A stretch of DNA of 64,000 nucleotides from an uncultured Erysipelotrichaceae bacterium (lineage in GTDB: Bacteria; Bacillota_I; Bacilli_A; RF39; UBA660). Of this stretch, positions 19,911 through 30,962 are shown piece by piece. Each line of letters starts with the position of its first letter. Position 1 is the first letter of the stretch. The notes under the pieces are model-generated. The model was not told the origin of the DNA and made no database searches. It saw only the letters and a list, made by a program, of their open reading frames with translations. The translations under genes were made by a program, and so were the position numbers. The DNA lies in assembly GCA_902785135.1 (NCBI GenBank), contig CACZXL010000007.1, positions 6,016 to 70,015 of the forward strand. Direction: 5' to 3'.

Positions 19911-20738
19911 ATGAAATTTACAAAAATGCATGGACTTGGAAATGATTATATTTATATAGATTGTACTAAAAATAAGAATAAAATAGATACACCAGAGGAG
20001 TTGTCTAAAAAAGTAAGTGATAGACACTTTGGAATAGGATCTGATGGGCTTATTTTAATCTGTGATAGTGACAAATGTGACTTCAAAATGAGAATGTTTA
20101 ACGCTGATGGATCTGAAGCTGAAATGTGTGGAAATGGAATTAGATGTGTAGGAAAATATGTTTATGATTTTGGTCTAACAGATAAGAATAAAATTACTAT
20201 TGAAACTAAGGCTGGAATAAAAAAACTAAAACTAAATATCGAAAATGAAAAAGTAAAAACAGTAACAGTAGATATGGGAGAACCTATACTAGATAAAAAT
20301 GAAATACCTTTTATTTCAGATAGTAAATTTGTAGAATTAAAAGTACTAGATAGAGAATTTATATTCACACCAGTTTCGATGGGTAATCCACATGCCATTA
20401 CTTTTATTAATAATTTAGATACATTTGATATAGATAAATATGGAAAAATAGTAGAAGTTGATAAACATTTTCCAAATAAGACAAATGTAGAATTTATTGA
20501 AATACTTGATAAAAATCATATAAAAATGAGAGTTTATGAAAGAGGTACAGGCGAAACACTTGCCTGTGGAACAGGTGCTTGTGCTTCAGTTGTCGCATCA
20601 GTTCTAAATAATTTAACAGATAGGACTGTTAATGTTAAGCTTCTAGGAGGTTCTCTAAATATTAATTATAATGAAGATGGTCATGTTTATATGACTGGAG
20701 AAGCTACTACAGTATTTAATGGAGAAATAGATATATAA
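19911..20738 (+). CDS. dapF: Diaminopimelate epimerase
   Basis: [15 protein letters not shown] and the two catalytic Cys contexts ([17 protein letters not shown]). 275 aa. Confidence 0.9.
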   Translation: MKFTKMHGLGNDYIYIDCTKNKNKIDTPEELSKKVSDRHFGIGSDGLILICDSDKCDFKMRMFNADGSEAEMCGNGIRCVGKYVYDFGLTDKNKITIETKAGIKKLKLNIENEKVKTVTVDMGEPILDKNEIPFISDSKFVELKVLDREFIFTPVSMGNPHAITFINNLDTFDIDKYGKIVEVDKHFPNKTNVEFIEILDKNHIKMRVYERGTGETLACGTGACASVVASVLNNLTDRTVNVKLLGGSLNINYNEDGHVYMTGEATTVFNGEIDI

Positions 20739-20755
20739 TAAACATGGAGGTAATT

Positions 20756-21265
20756 ATGGAAAATATTCCTAATGATTTTATAAATATTTTCGCAAAAGAA
20801 GGTGTAAAAACCAATTTGCCTAGTGATAGTTTTGATTTACATATGGAATGGGTTAAATGGTTATCATATACCTCTAGTAATGAAGAAGATAAAAAGGAAC
20901 TATTGAATTTGTTTAAAAAATACGGTACAAAAAATATGGATCCTAATGATTATCAAAAGGTACTTGATTATATGACTTTTAATTCATTAGAAGATTATAT
21001 GAATAGTAAATTAACAAAAGAAGAATTAGAAGAAGCAAAAGAAAAAATTGAAAAGTACAAAAAGATATCAAAAGATGAATTAAGTGATAAAGTAAAGAAT
21101 GAAAAAGTAGAAAGTAATTATATGAATATGTCTATGGTAGATGCATATGTATTACATTACTTATATAAAATAGTTATTGTTAGAGGTTCAATTTCTTTGG
21201 AAAATAATATAAAGCATTCAAAAATAATGCATATATGTCGCAAAGAAGTTTTGAATATGCATTAA
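20756..21265 (+). CDS. Hypothetical protein
   Basis: ORF with plausible ATG (MENIPNDF). No recognisable domain. Confidence 0.45.
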   Translation: MENIPNDFINIFAKEGVKTNLPSDSFDLHMEWVKWLSYTSSNEEDKKELLNLFKKYGTKNMDPNDYQKVLDYMTFNSLEDYMNSKLTKEELEEAKEKIEKYKKISKDELSDKVKNEKVESNYMNMSMVDAYVLHYLYKIVIVRGSISLENNIKHSKIMHICRKEVLNMH

Positions 21266-21334
21266 AACCAAATAAAAATAAGTAGAGATAGAAATTTCTA
21301 TCTTTTTTTATGCTATAATTATATTGGTGATTAT

Positions 21335-23668
21335 ATGGTTTTAGAAGACAATAGAGTATATATAGTTCCAGAAAACATAAAGAAGGAATTATTATTAGAA
21401 TTAACAAATAAGAAACTATTAATAGATATAAAGTTCTTTTCATTAAAAGAATTTATAAATAACTTAACTTTTACTTATGATGAAAAAGCTATTTATTATT
21501 TAATGAAGAACTATAATTATAAGTATGATAACGCTAAAACCATATTAGATAACTTATATTATATAAATGAAGAAACTTTTAATGACCAAAAATTAATAAA
21601 ATTAAAAAAGATTAAAGAAGAAATAAAAGATCTTCTTATTTATAATGAGTATTTTTATGATTATATAAAAACAAGAAAGATATATATCTATGGTTATTAT
21701 TTTATTAATGAATATGATCTAAAACTATTAAAAGATTTAGATTATGAAATAATAGAAAAATCTGTTAAAGATTATAAACATGATATATATATATTTAATA
21801 ATATATTTGATGAAGTAGTATTTGTATCTTCTAAAATAAGAGAGTTAATAGAAAAGGGTATAGATATAAATAAGATTAAATTAATAAATGTACCATCAGA
21901 ATATAATTTTATCTTAAAACAAGTATTTAATATGTTTAATTTAAATATAAATACTAATAAAGAAAGTATTTATTCTACTAAGATAGTACAAGACTTCTTA
22001 AAAGATATAGATACTTTACCTGAAATAAATATAAATGATGAAGATAACTTATATATTTATAACAAAATAATAGATACTTTAAATAAGTATAGTTTTGATA
22101 TGGATAAAGATATTAAAAGAGAAATACTTATTCATGAATTTAAATCTATTAAAACTAATAGATCATTATTTGAAAATGAAATAGAAATAAAAAATATTAA
22201 TAATATTAAAGATGATGAATATGCATTTTTACTAGGTTTTAATGAAGGTAATTATCCTGTTATTAAAAAGGATGAAGATTATTTATCAGATAAAGAAAAA
22301 GAAAACTTAGGTATATCTACTTCTTTCGAAATAAATAAAATAGAAAAAGAATCTATTATTAATAATATTAAATCTATTAAAAATTTAATTATAACTTATA
22401 AAGATAAAACTCCATTTAATGAGTATTATCCATCTACTTTAATTGAGGAATTAGGTTTTGATGTTAAAGAAGAAGAGGGTAGTTTAAATTATTCTAATTC
22501 ATTAAATAAACTATTATTGTCAAAAGACTTAGATAACTTTGTTAAATATGGAGAAAAAACAAATAGATTAGAAGTATTATTCTCTAACTATAAAGGTATT
22601 AAATATATGTCTTATGATAATAAGTTTAAAGGTTTAGATAAAGAAAAACTTTATAAATATATAAATAATGAACTAACTTTATCATATTCATCAATAGATA
22701 ACTTTTATAAATGTAAGTTTAGATATTATATAAATAATATATTAAAACTAGATAAATATGAAGAAACATTCGCGATATTTATAGGTAATTTATTTCATGA
22801 TATATTATCAAAATGTTTTGAAGATAATTTTGACTTTGAAAAAGAATATTATGACTATATAAAAGAAAAAGATTTTACTAATAAAGAAGAATTCTTTATA
22901 GAAAAAATTAAAGAAGATCTATTATTCGTAATTGAATCTATAAAAAAACAATATAGTTATAGTAATTTTAAAGATGCTTTATATGAAAATAAGTTTGAGA
23001 TAAATAAAGATAAAACTATTAAAGTTAAGTTTATAGGATTTATAGATAAATTATTAACGCGTGTTTATAATGGTAAAACATTATTAGTTATAGTAGATTA
23101 TAAGACTGGTTCTCAAGATCTTAATTTATCTAATTGTTACTATGGATTAAACTTACAATTACCAGTTTATTTATATTTATCTAAGAAGGGTGATCTTAAA
23201 AATAGTGAAGTAGTAGGTTTCTACTTACAAAAAATACTCACACCAATACCAAAGATAGATACTAAAAAAGATTATAGTCTTCAAAAAGAAGATAATCTAA
23301 GATTACAAGGTTATTCTTTATATGATGAAGAATTATTAAATGAATTTGATTCTACATATGAAAATAGTAGAGTAGTTAAATCTCTTTCTAAAACATCAAA
23401 TGGTTTTAGTAGTTATTCTAAATTACTTACTAAAGATCAAATGGATAAATTAGAAGAATTAGTAGATAAAAAGATAGATAATGCAAGAGATATGATACTG
23501 GATGCTGATTTTGAAATAGATCCAAAAGTAATGAAGTTTAAAAATATAAGCTGTGAATACTGTAAATTTAAAGATATATGTTATATGAATCAAAATAATA
23601 TTAAATATCTAAAAGAAATAACAGATTTGAATTTTTTAGGAGGTGATGATGATGCCAACATGGACTAA
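21335..23668 (+). CDS. addB: AddB/RexB-type helicase-nuclease subunit B, compact 777-aa form
   Basis: C-terminal RecB-like nuclease (IVDYKTGSQD) and a Fe-S cysteine cluster (CKFRYY ... CEYCKFKDIC). It sits directly upstream of addA. No intact N-terminal Walker A. Confidence 0.75.
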   Translation: MVLEDNRVYIVPENIKKELLLELTNKKLLIDIKFFSLKEFINNLTFTYDEKAIYYLMKNYNYKYDNAKTILDNLYYINEETFNDQKLIKLKKIKEEIKDLLIYNEYFYDYIKTRKIYIYGYYFINEYDLKLLKDLDYEIIEKSVKDYKHDIYIFNNIFDEVVFVSSKIRELIEKGIDINKIKLINVPSEYNFILKQVFNMFNLNINTNKESIYSTKIVQDFLKDIDTLPEININDEDNLYIYNKIIDTLNKYSFDMDKDIKREILIHEFKSIKTNRSLFENEIEIKNINNIKDDEYAFLLGFNEGNYPVIKKDEDYLSDKEKENLGISTSFEINKIEKESIINNIKSIKNLIITYKDKTPFNEYYPSTLIEELGFDVKEEEGSLNYSNSLNKLLLSKDLDNFVKYGEKTNRLEVLFSNYKGIKYMSYDNKFKGLDKEKLYKYINNELTLSYSSIDNFYKCKFRYYINNILKLDKYEETFAIFIGNLFHDILSKCFEDNFDFEKEYYDYIKEKDFTNKEEFFIEKIKEDLLFVIESIKKQYSYSNFKDALYENKFEINKDKTIKVKFIGFIDKLLTRVYNGKTLLVIVDYKTGSQDLNLSNCYYGLNLQLPVYLYLSKKGDLKNSEVVGFYLQKILTPIPKIDTKKDYSLQKEDNLRLQGYSLYDEELLNEFDSTYENSRVVKSLSKTSNGFSSYSKLLTKDQMDKLEELVDKKIDNARDMILDADFEIDPKVMKFKNISCEYCKFKDICYMNQNNIKYLKEITDLNFLGGDDDANMD

Positions 23669-26600
23669 AGAACAAAATGATGCCATACTAAAAGATAAAT
23701 CTAATATTATTGTTTCCGCTGGGGCTGGATCAGGAAAAACTGCAGTTCTATCTGAAAGAGTTATTAGAAAGTTAAAAGAAGGTGTTCATATTAATGAATT
23801 ATTACTTCTTACTTTTACTAATGCTGCTGCTAAAGAAATGAAAGAAAGAATAAGAAAAAAAATAAAAAAAGAAGGATTAACTAAAGAACTAGAAATGATA
23901 GATCAAGCATATATCACTACATTTGATAGTTATGCTCTTTCAATAGTAAAAAAATATAATTATAAATTAAATGTATCTAAAGATTTATCTATTGTAGATT
24001 CTGATTTAATTAATTATGAAAAAGAAAAAATATTAGATACTTTATTTGAAGAATTATATAAAGATAAGAATCCTGATTTCTTAAAATTAATAAATGATTT
24101 TTGTGTTAAAGATGATACTGAAATTAGAAAATATATTTTAAGTATTTCATCTAAACTAGATTTAATTATAGATTTAGATAAATACTTTGATGAATATGAA
24201 TCTAATTATTTTAGTGATGAATATTTAAATAATATTCTAGAACTATATCTAAATAAAATTAGAGAAAAGCAAGAAAATGTAAGACTATTATTAGAAAACC
24301 TAAACCATTATGTAGATAATAAATATAATGAAAAGATATGGGATACATTAAAAGGTTTATTAGAATCAAAAACATATGAAGAAATTAAATCTAATTCAGA
24401 ACTTAAACTTCCACCACTAAGTAAAGACTTTAGTGAAGCAAAACCATTTAAAGATGAAATAAAAAAAGAAACTGATGAAATAAAGAAGTTATGTTCATAT
24501 ATAAATCTAGAAGACGCTAAAGAAGAAATAATAAAAACTAGGGCCTATATAAAATCTATAATATTAATAATAAAAGAACTAAAAAATAGATTAGATGATT
24601 TTAAATATAAATATAATTTATTTGAATTTAATGATATTGCAAAACTATCTATAAAATTATTAAAAGAAAATGAAGATATTAGAAATGAAATAAAATATTC
24701 ATTAAACGAAATAATGATAGATGAATATCAAGATACAAGTGATATTCAAGAAGCATTTATATCTTTAATAGAAAATAATAATGTTTATATGGTTGGAGAT
24801 ATAAAACAGTCTATTTATAGATTTAGAAATGCTAATCCATATATATTTAAGAATAAATATGAAAAGTATTCTAATAATGATGGTGGAATTAAAATAGATC
24901 TAAATAAGAATTTTAGATCAAGAGAAGAAACTCTTCTTAATATTAATACTATATTTAATTATATTATGAATAAGGATATAGGAGGAGCGGACTATAAATT
25001 CTCTCATCAAATGGTATTTGGTAATAATACTTATAATAATGAAGGTAAAACAGATCAAGATTATAACTTTGAAATATATAATTATGATTATGATAAAGAA
25101 AAAGGATTTACTAAAGAAGAAACTGAAATATTTATAATCGCAAATGATATAAAAAATAAAATAGATAATAAATATAAGATATTTGATAAAGATGAATTAG
25201 TAGTAAGAGATTGTAGTTATAATGATTTTGTAATACTACTTGATAGAGCAAAGGATTTTGAATTATATAAGAAGATATTTGAGTATAAAGGTATACCTTT
25301 ATCAATATATAAAGATGAAAAAGTAAATGATGAAGTAATATTAACAGTATTAAAGAACATGATTGTGTCTTTAGATAAAATAAATAAAAAAGAATTTGAT
25401 AATGACTTTAAACATGCTTTTACATCTATTTTAAGATCATTTGTATTTGAATATACTGATCAAGAGATATTTGATTTATATCTAGAAAATAACTTCTATA
25501 AAAATGATATATATAATGAATTAAGATCTATTAATATAGATAGTAAAACTCCAAAAGAAATAATAAATATATTATTAGATAAATTTAATATAATAGATAA
25601 ATTAACTAAAATAGGAGATATAGATAAGAACTTAGTAATAATAGAATATCTATTAAACTATTTAGATACTAAAGAAAGTATAGGTTATACAATTAGTGAT
25701 ATAGCAGTTTATCTAAATGATATTCTAGAGAAAAAATATGAAATAAAGTTCTCTAGTAATAAAGAATCAAGTAATTCTGTTAAGATTATGACTATACATA
25801 AATCTAAAGGACTAGAATATAACATTTGTTATTACGCAGGTTTATATAATAAGTTTAATATAAGAGATTTAAGTGATAGTTTTATGTATTATAAAAATTA
25901 TGGAATTGTAACACCTTTCTTTAATAATGGTATAGGAGAAACTATATATAAATTCTTAATTAAAGAAGATTACCTTAAAGAGGAAATATCTGAGAAAATT
26001 AGGTTATTTTATGTCGCACTTACAAGAGCGAAAGAAAAGATGATCATGCTCGCAGATCTAAATGGAGATACATATAATTCTAAAGATGAAGATGGAGTAT
26101 TAGAAAATAGTATTAGATTAAAATATAGATCTTTCCAAGATATCATTATGTCTATTGAAGAAGAACTAAGTAAATATGTAACTAAGATTGATAATATAGA
26201 TATTACTAAAGATTATGAGTTAGTTAAAAAATATAATTTTAAAGATTATATTAATGAAAGTGATATAAAGCTAAGTGTTAAAGAATTAGATATAGATAAT
26301 AAAGTTCTTAATAAAGCATCATTTTCTAAAAAACATAATAAGCTTTTAACAGAAGAAGAAATAAAGAACATGAACTTTGGTACTAAGATGCATTATGTAT
26401 TTGAAATAACTGATTTTAATAATCCTGATAATGATATAGTTAAATCTTTCTTAGAAGTATATGATATTAAAGATTCAATAAATATATATAAAGAATATGA
26501 ATTTATGTATCAAGAAGAAGATACTATATATAATGGTGTTATAGACTTAATGTTTGAGTATACTGATCATTTTGATATAATTGATTATAAGTTAAAGAAT

Positions 26601-26729
26601 ATATCAGATGAAGCATATTTAAATCAATTAGAGGGGTATAAAAAGTATATAGAAGATATAACTAATAAGAAAGTAAACATATATTTATATTCAATTATGA
26701 ATAAAGAATTAAAGAAACTAGGTGATTAA
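23643..26729 (+). CDS. addA: AddA-type ATP-dependent helicase/nuclease subunit A, compact 1028-aa form
   Basis: UvrD motifs (SAGAGSGKT, IDEYQDTS, VGDIKQSIYRFR, HKSKGLEY, LFYVALTRAKEKM) plus a C-terminal RecB nuclease block GVIDLMFEYTDHFDIIDYK. Confidence 0.8.
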   Translation: MMMMPTWTKEQNDAILKDKSNIIVSAGAGSGKTAVLSERVIRKLKEGVHINELLLLTFTNAAAKEMKERIRKKIKKEGLTKELEMIDQAYITTFDSYALSIVKKYNYKLNVSKDLSIVDSDLINYEKEKILDTLFEELYKDKNPDFLKLINDFCVKDDTEIRKYILSISSKLDLIIDLDKYFDEYESNYFSDEYLNNILELYLNKIREKQENVRLLLENLNHYVDNKYNEKIWDTLKGLLESKTYEEIKSNSELKLPPLSKDFSEAKPFKDEIKKETDEIKKLCSYINLEDAKEEIIKTRAYIKSIILIIKELKNRLDDFKYKYNLFEFNDIAKLSIKLLKENEDIRNEIKYSLNEIMIDEYQDTSDIQEAFISLIENNNVYMVGDIKQSIYRFRNANPYIFKNKYEKYSNNDGGIKIDLNKNFRSREETLLNINTIFNYIMNKDIGGADYKFSHQMVFGNNTYNNEGKTDQDYNFEIYNYDYDKEKGFTKEETEIFIIANDIKNKIDNKYKIFDKDELVVRDCSYNDFVILLDRAKDFELYKKIFEYKGIPLSIYKDEKVNDEVILTVLKNMIVSLDKINKKEFDNDFKHAFTSILRSFVFEYTDQEIFDLYLENNFYKNDIYNELRSINIDSKTPKEIINILLDKFNIIDKLTKIGDIDKNLVIIEYLLNYLDTKESIGYTISDIAVYLNDILEKKYEIKFSSNKESSNSVKIMTIHKSKGLEYNICYYAGLYNKFNIRDLSDSFMYYKNYGIVTPFFNNGIGETIYKFLIKEDYLKEEISEKIRLFYVALTRAKEKMIMLADLNGDTYNSKDEDGVLENSIRLKYRSFQDIIMSIEEELSKYVTKIDNIDITKDYELVKKYNFKDYINESDIKLSVKELDIDNKVLNKASFSKKHNKLLTEEEIKNMNFGTKMHYVFEITDFNNPDNDIVKSFLEVYDIKDSINIYKEYEFMYQEEDTIYNGVIDLMFEYTDHFDIIDYKLKNISDEAYLNQLEGYKKYIEDITNKKVNIYLYSIMNKELKKLGD

Positions 26730-26730
26730 A

Positions 26731-27633
26731 ATGAAAACAATACAAGAATTAGAACGCTTTTTTGAATTAGATTTAAAAGTAAAAAAGTTGATTGAAGTAT
26801 CTAGACCAAATTTATATGATGCGGATCCTGTTGAAATAGAATCTAAATTAATGAGTTCGGTAAATTCAACAAGATTAATGCTAAATCAAATGGTACTTCT
26901 TTCTGGTTTAGATTTGGAAGAAGAGTTTGATGAACTACATGAAAATATATTGAATGATATAAAAAACTGTAATTACAATGTTAATAAATTAGAATCAGTT
27001 TATGAAAATGATTTTTTAAGGATGACCAATGGTTTTGAAGATTCATTAGAAGAAAATATATTTGGTTATTGTAATAAAGAAAAAATATATATTCCTTTAG
27101 AACACTGTAAAACAATAAATGATATGCTACATTATGTTCATTTTTATGTCATGAATAATGAAGATACATTTAAAAATATGGATGAAATAGATGTAAAAAA
27201 ACAAGATGATGAAGTAGAATGGATGACTTATAAACTATATGGTAAAGATACTGAAATCGCAAGAGATATATTTAATAAATTACCAGAAAATGAAACTAAA
27301 ATAGATGAAGTATCATTTGATAATCATATAATAATAATGGTAAGAGATAGAGGACATGCTTTAACTATAGATGTTCAAAATGAATTAGATCATTATAGAG
27401 TATCTTACTATATACCAAAAATATGTAATATAGATATGGTAAATTCTTTAAAAGGTATTAGTAAAGTAGATCCTAATAAAAAGTCTGATTTTGATTCTGC
27501 ACATGGTGAATTTGTTGTAGATAAATCATCAGTAGGGGATGAAATAAACAAATTAATAACAAGTGTTCCAACTGATGAGGATATTAAACGTGTTTCTATT
27601 GAAGAAATGTTTAGAAATGCAAGAAAAATGTAA
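26731..27633 (+). CDS. Hypothetical protein
   Basis: ORF with no recognisable domain. It follows addA. Confidence 0.45.
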   Translation: MKTIQELERFFELDLKVKKLIEVSRPNLYDADPVEIESKLMSSVNSTRLMLNQMVLLSGLDLEEEFDELHENILNDIKNCNYNVNKLESVYENDFLRMTNGFEDSLEENIFGYCNKEKIYIPLEHCKTINDMLHYVHFYVMNNEDTFKNMDEIDVKKQDDEVEWMTYKLYGKDTEIARDIFNKLPENETKIDEVSFDNHIIIMVRDRGHALTIDVQNELDHYRVSYYIPKICNIDMVNSLKGISKVDPNKKSDFDSAHGEFVVDKSSVGDEINKLITSVPTDEDIKRVSIEEMFRNARKM

Positions 27634-27699
27634 TATTTACTTTTATAAATAAATATGTTAAAATACCTTTAACGAAAGCAATGAAAAAGAAGAGTAGTA

Positions 27700-27870
27700 T
27701 ATGAATTATTAAAGAGAGTCTATGTTTGGTGAGAATAGATATAATGATTATATGAATGAAGCTTTGGAGCTGAAGTCGTATTTAGGCGTTAACTAATTAA
27801 AGTGCATAGTTCCTATGAAGTAAGGTGGTACCGCTAGAAATAGTCCTTACATTATAGGGACTTTTTTATT
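27700..27870 (+). promoter_or_regulatory. T-box riboswitch leader upstream of gltX
   Basis: Stem I AGAGAGTCTATGTTTGGTGAGAATAG, candidate Glu specifier GAA in tatatGAAtGAAgc, T-box core aaGGTGGTACCGCtag at 27823-27838, and terminator agtcctta-catta-tagggact plus T6 at 27842-27868. Confidence 0.7.
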
Positions 27871-28110
27871 TAAAGGAGGCTTTTACGAGTTCTGAATTAT
27901 TAAAAGGTATTAAAAAAGTATTATAAGTATTTAGTAAAGAATATAAAGAAGAAACTAAATACAGAGAATTTATGGAAAGTAATTTAGATAGAATGAAGAT
28001 AAAACTAACAGAAGATGATATTGATAAAAAAATAAAAGTATTAAAAAATAATAATTATAAAAGTAATTTTAAAATTAATATAGGAAGTTATGAATAAAAG
28101 GAGTGATAAT

Positions 28111-29772
28111 ATGACTAATAAAGAATATGCAGATTTACTTTTACCAGGTGTAGAGCATACTTGGGAAGAATATGAAGCTATGTATCCAGAAAGAGATTTA
28201 CCAGAAGGCGCAATAGTAACAAGATATGCACCAAGTCCTACAGGATTTGTTCATATAGGAGCTTTACTTGTGTCATTTCTAGCAGGTAGATTTGCGGCGC
28301 AAACAAATGGTGTTAATTTCTTAAGAATAGAAGATACTGACCAAGAAAGAAGCGTAGAAAATGGAATATCTGGAATAATTAATAGTTTAAATTCTTTTGG
28401 TATTACTTTTGATGAAGGTCAAATGTCTGAAACTGAATATAAAGGAAACTATGGCCCATATATACAAACTGAAAGAGGAGATATTTACAAGGCATACGCT
28501 AAAAAGTTAATTGAGGAAGATAAGGCTTATGCTTCATTCTTATCTAAAGAAGAATTAGATAAAATAAGAGAAGAACAATCTAAATCTAAACAAAGATTAG
28601 GTATTTATGGTAGATATGCTAAAGATAGAAATCTATCAAAAGAAGAAACTTTAGAAAGAATAAATAATGGTGAAAGTTATATAATAAGAATTAAATCACC
28701 AGGAAGTTTCTTTAATAAGATTAAAGTTAATGATTTGATTAAGGGTACTATGGAAATGCCTGAAAATGATATTGATGAAGTTATTATTAAGAGTGACGGT
28801 ATTCCAACATATCATTTTGCGCATGCAGTAGATGATCATTTAATGCATACTACACATGTAATTAGAGGTGATGAATGGTTATCTTCTTTATCAAAACATA
28901 TTCAATTATTTGAAATGTTAGGATTTAAGGCACCAAAGTATGCACATATCGCACCACTTACTAAAAATGATAATGGTACTATAAGAAAGCTAAGTAAGAG
29001 AAAAGATCCAGAAGCATCTGTTGATTATTTTACTGAAGATGGTGTTCCTAAAGAAGCAATAATGCTTTATCTAGCGACAGTTGCGAACTCTAATTTTGAA
29101 GGATGGCTTGATCAAAATCCAAATGGTAAGATTGAAGACTTTAAATTTGAATTTAAAAAATGTTCATCTTCTTCAGGATCTTTATTTGATTTACCAAAAT
29201 TATATAATATATCTAAAAACTTTATTAGTAAATTAACTAAAGATGAAGTATATAATAGAACATTAGAATATGCTACTAAATATGATGAAGAATTTAAAGA
29301 TATATTAGAAAAGTATCCTGAGTATTCAAAAGATATATTTAATATAGAAAGAGAACAAAAGAAACCAAGAAAAGATTATGAAAAATTCTCTGATGTTAAA
29401 GGTCAAGTTTGGTATATGTATGATGAGTTATTTGATAAATATGTTTCTGAATATGGGTATGATTATCAAAGTATAACTGATATTAATGAAATAAAAAATA
29501 TTATTAATACATATATTGAAAAATACTATAATGAAAATGATGATAAAGATACTTGGTTTAATAAAGTTAAAGAACTAAGTGAAGAATTAGGTTATGCTGG
29601 AAATATGAAGGATTATAAAGAAAATCCAGATAATTATAAAGGATCAGTTGCGGATGTTTCAACAGTAATAAGAGTAAGTCTTACTACTAGAAGTCAAACA
29701 CCTGATTTATATGAAATACTTAAGTTATTAGGTAAAGAAAGAATAAAAAATAGATTTGATATTGTAAAATAG
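28111..29772 (+). CDS. gltX: Glutamate--tRNA ligase (class I, GluRS-type), with an unusual ~30-aa N-terminal extension
   Basis: TRYAPSPTGFVHIGA (HIGH region), LRIEDTDQERS, KLSKR (KMSKS). ATG at 28111 follows aaaggagtga. Confidence 0.8.
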   Translation: MTNKEYADLLLPGVEHTWEEYEAMYPERDLPEGAIVTRYAPSPTGFVHIGALLVSFLAGRFAAQTNGVNFLRIEDTDQERSVENGISGIINSLNSFGITFDEGQMSETEYKGNYGPYIQTERGDIYKAYAKKLIEEDKAYASFLSKEELDKIREEQSKSKQRLGIYGRYAKDRNLSKEETLERINNGESYIIRIKSPGSFFNKIKVNDLIKGTMEMPENDIDEVIIKSDGIPTYHFAHAVDDHLMHTTHVIRGDEWLSSLSKHIQLFEMLGFKAPKYAHIAPLTKNDNGTIRKLSKRKDPEASVDYFTEDGVPKEAIMLYLATVANSNFEGWLDQNPNGKIEDFKFEFKKCSSSSGSLFDLPKLYNISKNFISKLTKDEVYNRTLEYATKYDEEFKDILEKYPEYSKDIFNIEREQKKPRKDYEKFSDVKGQVWYMYDELFDKYVSEYGYDYQSITDINEIKNIINTYIEKYYNENDDKDTWFNKVKELSEELGYAGNMKDYKENPDNYKGSVADVSTVIRVSLTTRSQTPDLYEILKLLGKERIKNRFDIVK

Positions 29773-29841
29773 ACAATAAAAGTCTATTTTTTTCTTTTAT
29801 TTATATGTAATTATGGTATACTGATAATAGAGGGTGGTAAA

Positions 29842-30369
29842 ATGAAGGAGATTATTTTAAACAAAGCTAGACTTAAAGAAGATGAAATTACTGAAGTATT
29901 AGAAAAATCTAGAATAGTATTAAGAAACGATGATAATGAAATAGTTTTTACTAGATTTGGTAGAGTATACTTTCTTCCAGGTGGAAAAATAGAATCAGGG
30001 GAAAATCCTGTAGATACTATTAAAAGAGAAGTTATGGAAGAAACTAATATTAATATATTATTAGATGATATAGAACCTTTTTGCGTAGTTAAAAACTATT
30101 TAAGAGATTATGAATCGAAAGATGGTACTTTAGTTAATAGATTAGTTATTACTTATTATTTTACTGGTTTTACTTCAGATGATAATATTGAATATTTTAA
30201 TAATACTAGAGTAGAAAAAGAAGATAATTTAAGAGGATTCTTTATAGATTTAGATGAAGGTATTGAATTAATAGGAGATTATAATAAAGAAGATCCAAGA
30301 GCGACATACCTTGCTTTAGAAACTATGAAAGTTCTTGAAGAATATAGAGAATTAAATGTAGAAGAATAA
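29842..30369 (+). CDS. NUDIX hydrolase
   Basis: Nudix box GGKIESGENPVDTIKREVMEETNI. Confidence 0.75.
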   Translation: MKEIILNKARLKEDEITEVLEKSRIVLRNDDNEIVFTRFGRVYFLPGGKIESGENPVDTIKREVMEETNINILLDDIEPFCVVKNYLRDYESKDGTLVNRLVITYYFTGFTSDDNIEYFNNTRVEKEDNLRGFFIDLDEGIELIGDYNKEDPRATYLALETMKVLEEYRELNVEE

Positions 30370-30437
30370 TATTCTTCTTTTTTATTTGTTAAAAAAATAT
30401 TTTTGTTGTATAATACATCTATGAAAGAGGGATTGCC

Positions 30438-30896
30438 ATGGAAGAAAATAGAGTTACTTTTGAAATTGTGTATAGTAGAGTAAATGAATTCTTAAGAAGA
30501 TATCCGCTTAATATTGCATGGAGAATAAAACAACATAGTAAAGTAGTTGCGAAACATATAAATGAAGATGAAGATATTATTTTTATATTTCCAGCACAAA
30601 AGAATAATAAAACGTTAGATATTTTTTCAACAGTTATTCTAGCTTTTACAGATAAAAGAATATTAATTGCGCAAAAAAGATTATTATGGGGATATAATTT
30701 ATTATCAATAACTCCTGATATGTTTAATGACTTTGAAGTTTATAAAGGTTTGATTTTTGGTAAAGTTGAAATAGATACAGTTAAAGAAGTAGTTGATTTA
30801 TCTGATATAGATCCTAAGGCTTTAGTAGAAATAGAAACTCAATTATCTGAGTATTTATTAAAAGTAAAACCTTGTTATATGAAGGAAAATATGTAA
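30438..30896 (+). CDS. Hypothetical protein, possibly bacterial PH-like fold
   Basis: 152 aa. No strong motif. Confidence 0.45.
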   Translation: MEENRVTFEIVYSRVNEFLRRYPLNIAWRIKQHSKVVAKHINEDEDIIFIFPAQKNNKTLDIFSTVILAFTDKRILIAQKRLLWGYNLLSITPDMFNDFEVYKGLIFGKVEIDTVKEVVDLSDIDPKALVEIETQLSEYLLKVKPCYMKENM

Positions 30897-30922
30897 TCAT
30901 AATAAAAAAATTGAATATTATA

Positions 30923-30951
30923 TTGTAAACAAAAGTATTTTTTGTTATAAT
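30923..30951 (+). promoter_or_regulatory. Sigma-A-type promoter for the tRNA pair
   Basis: TTGTAA, 17 nt, TGtTATAAT (extended -10), ending about 12 nt before tRNA-Cys. Confidence 0.5.
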
Positions 30952-30962
30952 TATTCACGGAC

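Noticed and set aside
21335-26729. Possibility that the nuclease plus UvrD-helicase pair is a phage-defence module rather than AddAB
   Set aside because: The subunit order (B then A), the AddB-specific C-terminal Fe-S cysteine cluster plus RecB nuclease, and the AddA C-terminal nuclease all fit canonical AddAB. dapF/housekeeping context also fits.
27972-28098. 41-codon ORF in the gltX leader as a possible leader peptide
   Set aside because: No credible Shine-Dalgarno and an AT-rich lysine-heavy translation. Kept only as a note inside the gltX-leader finding.
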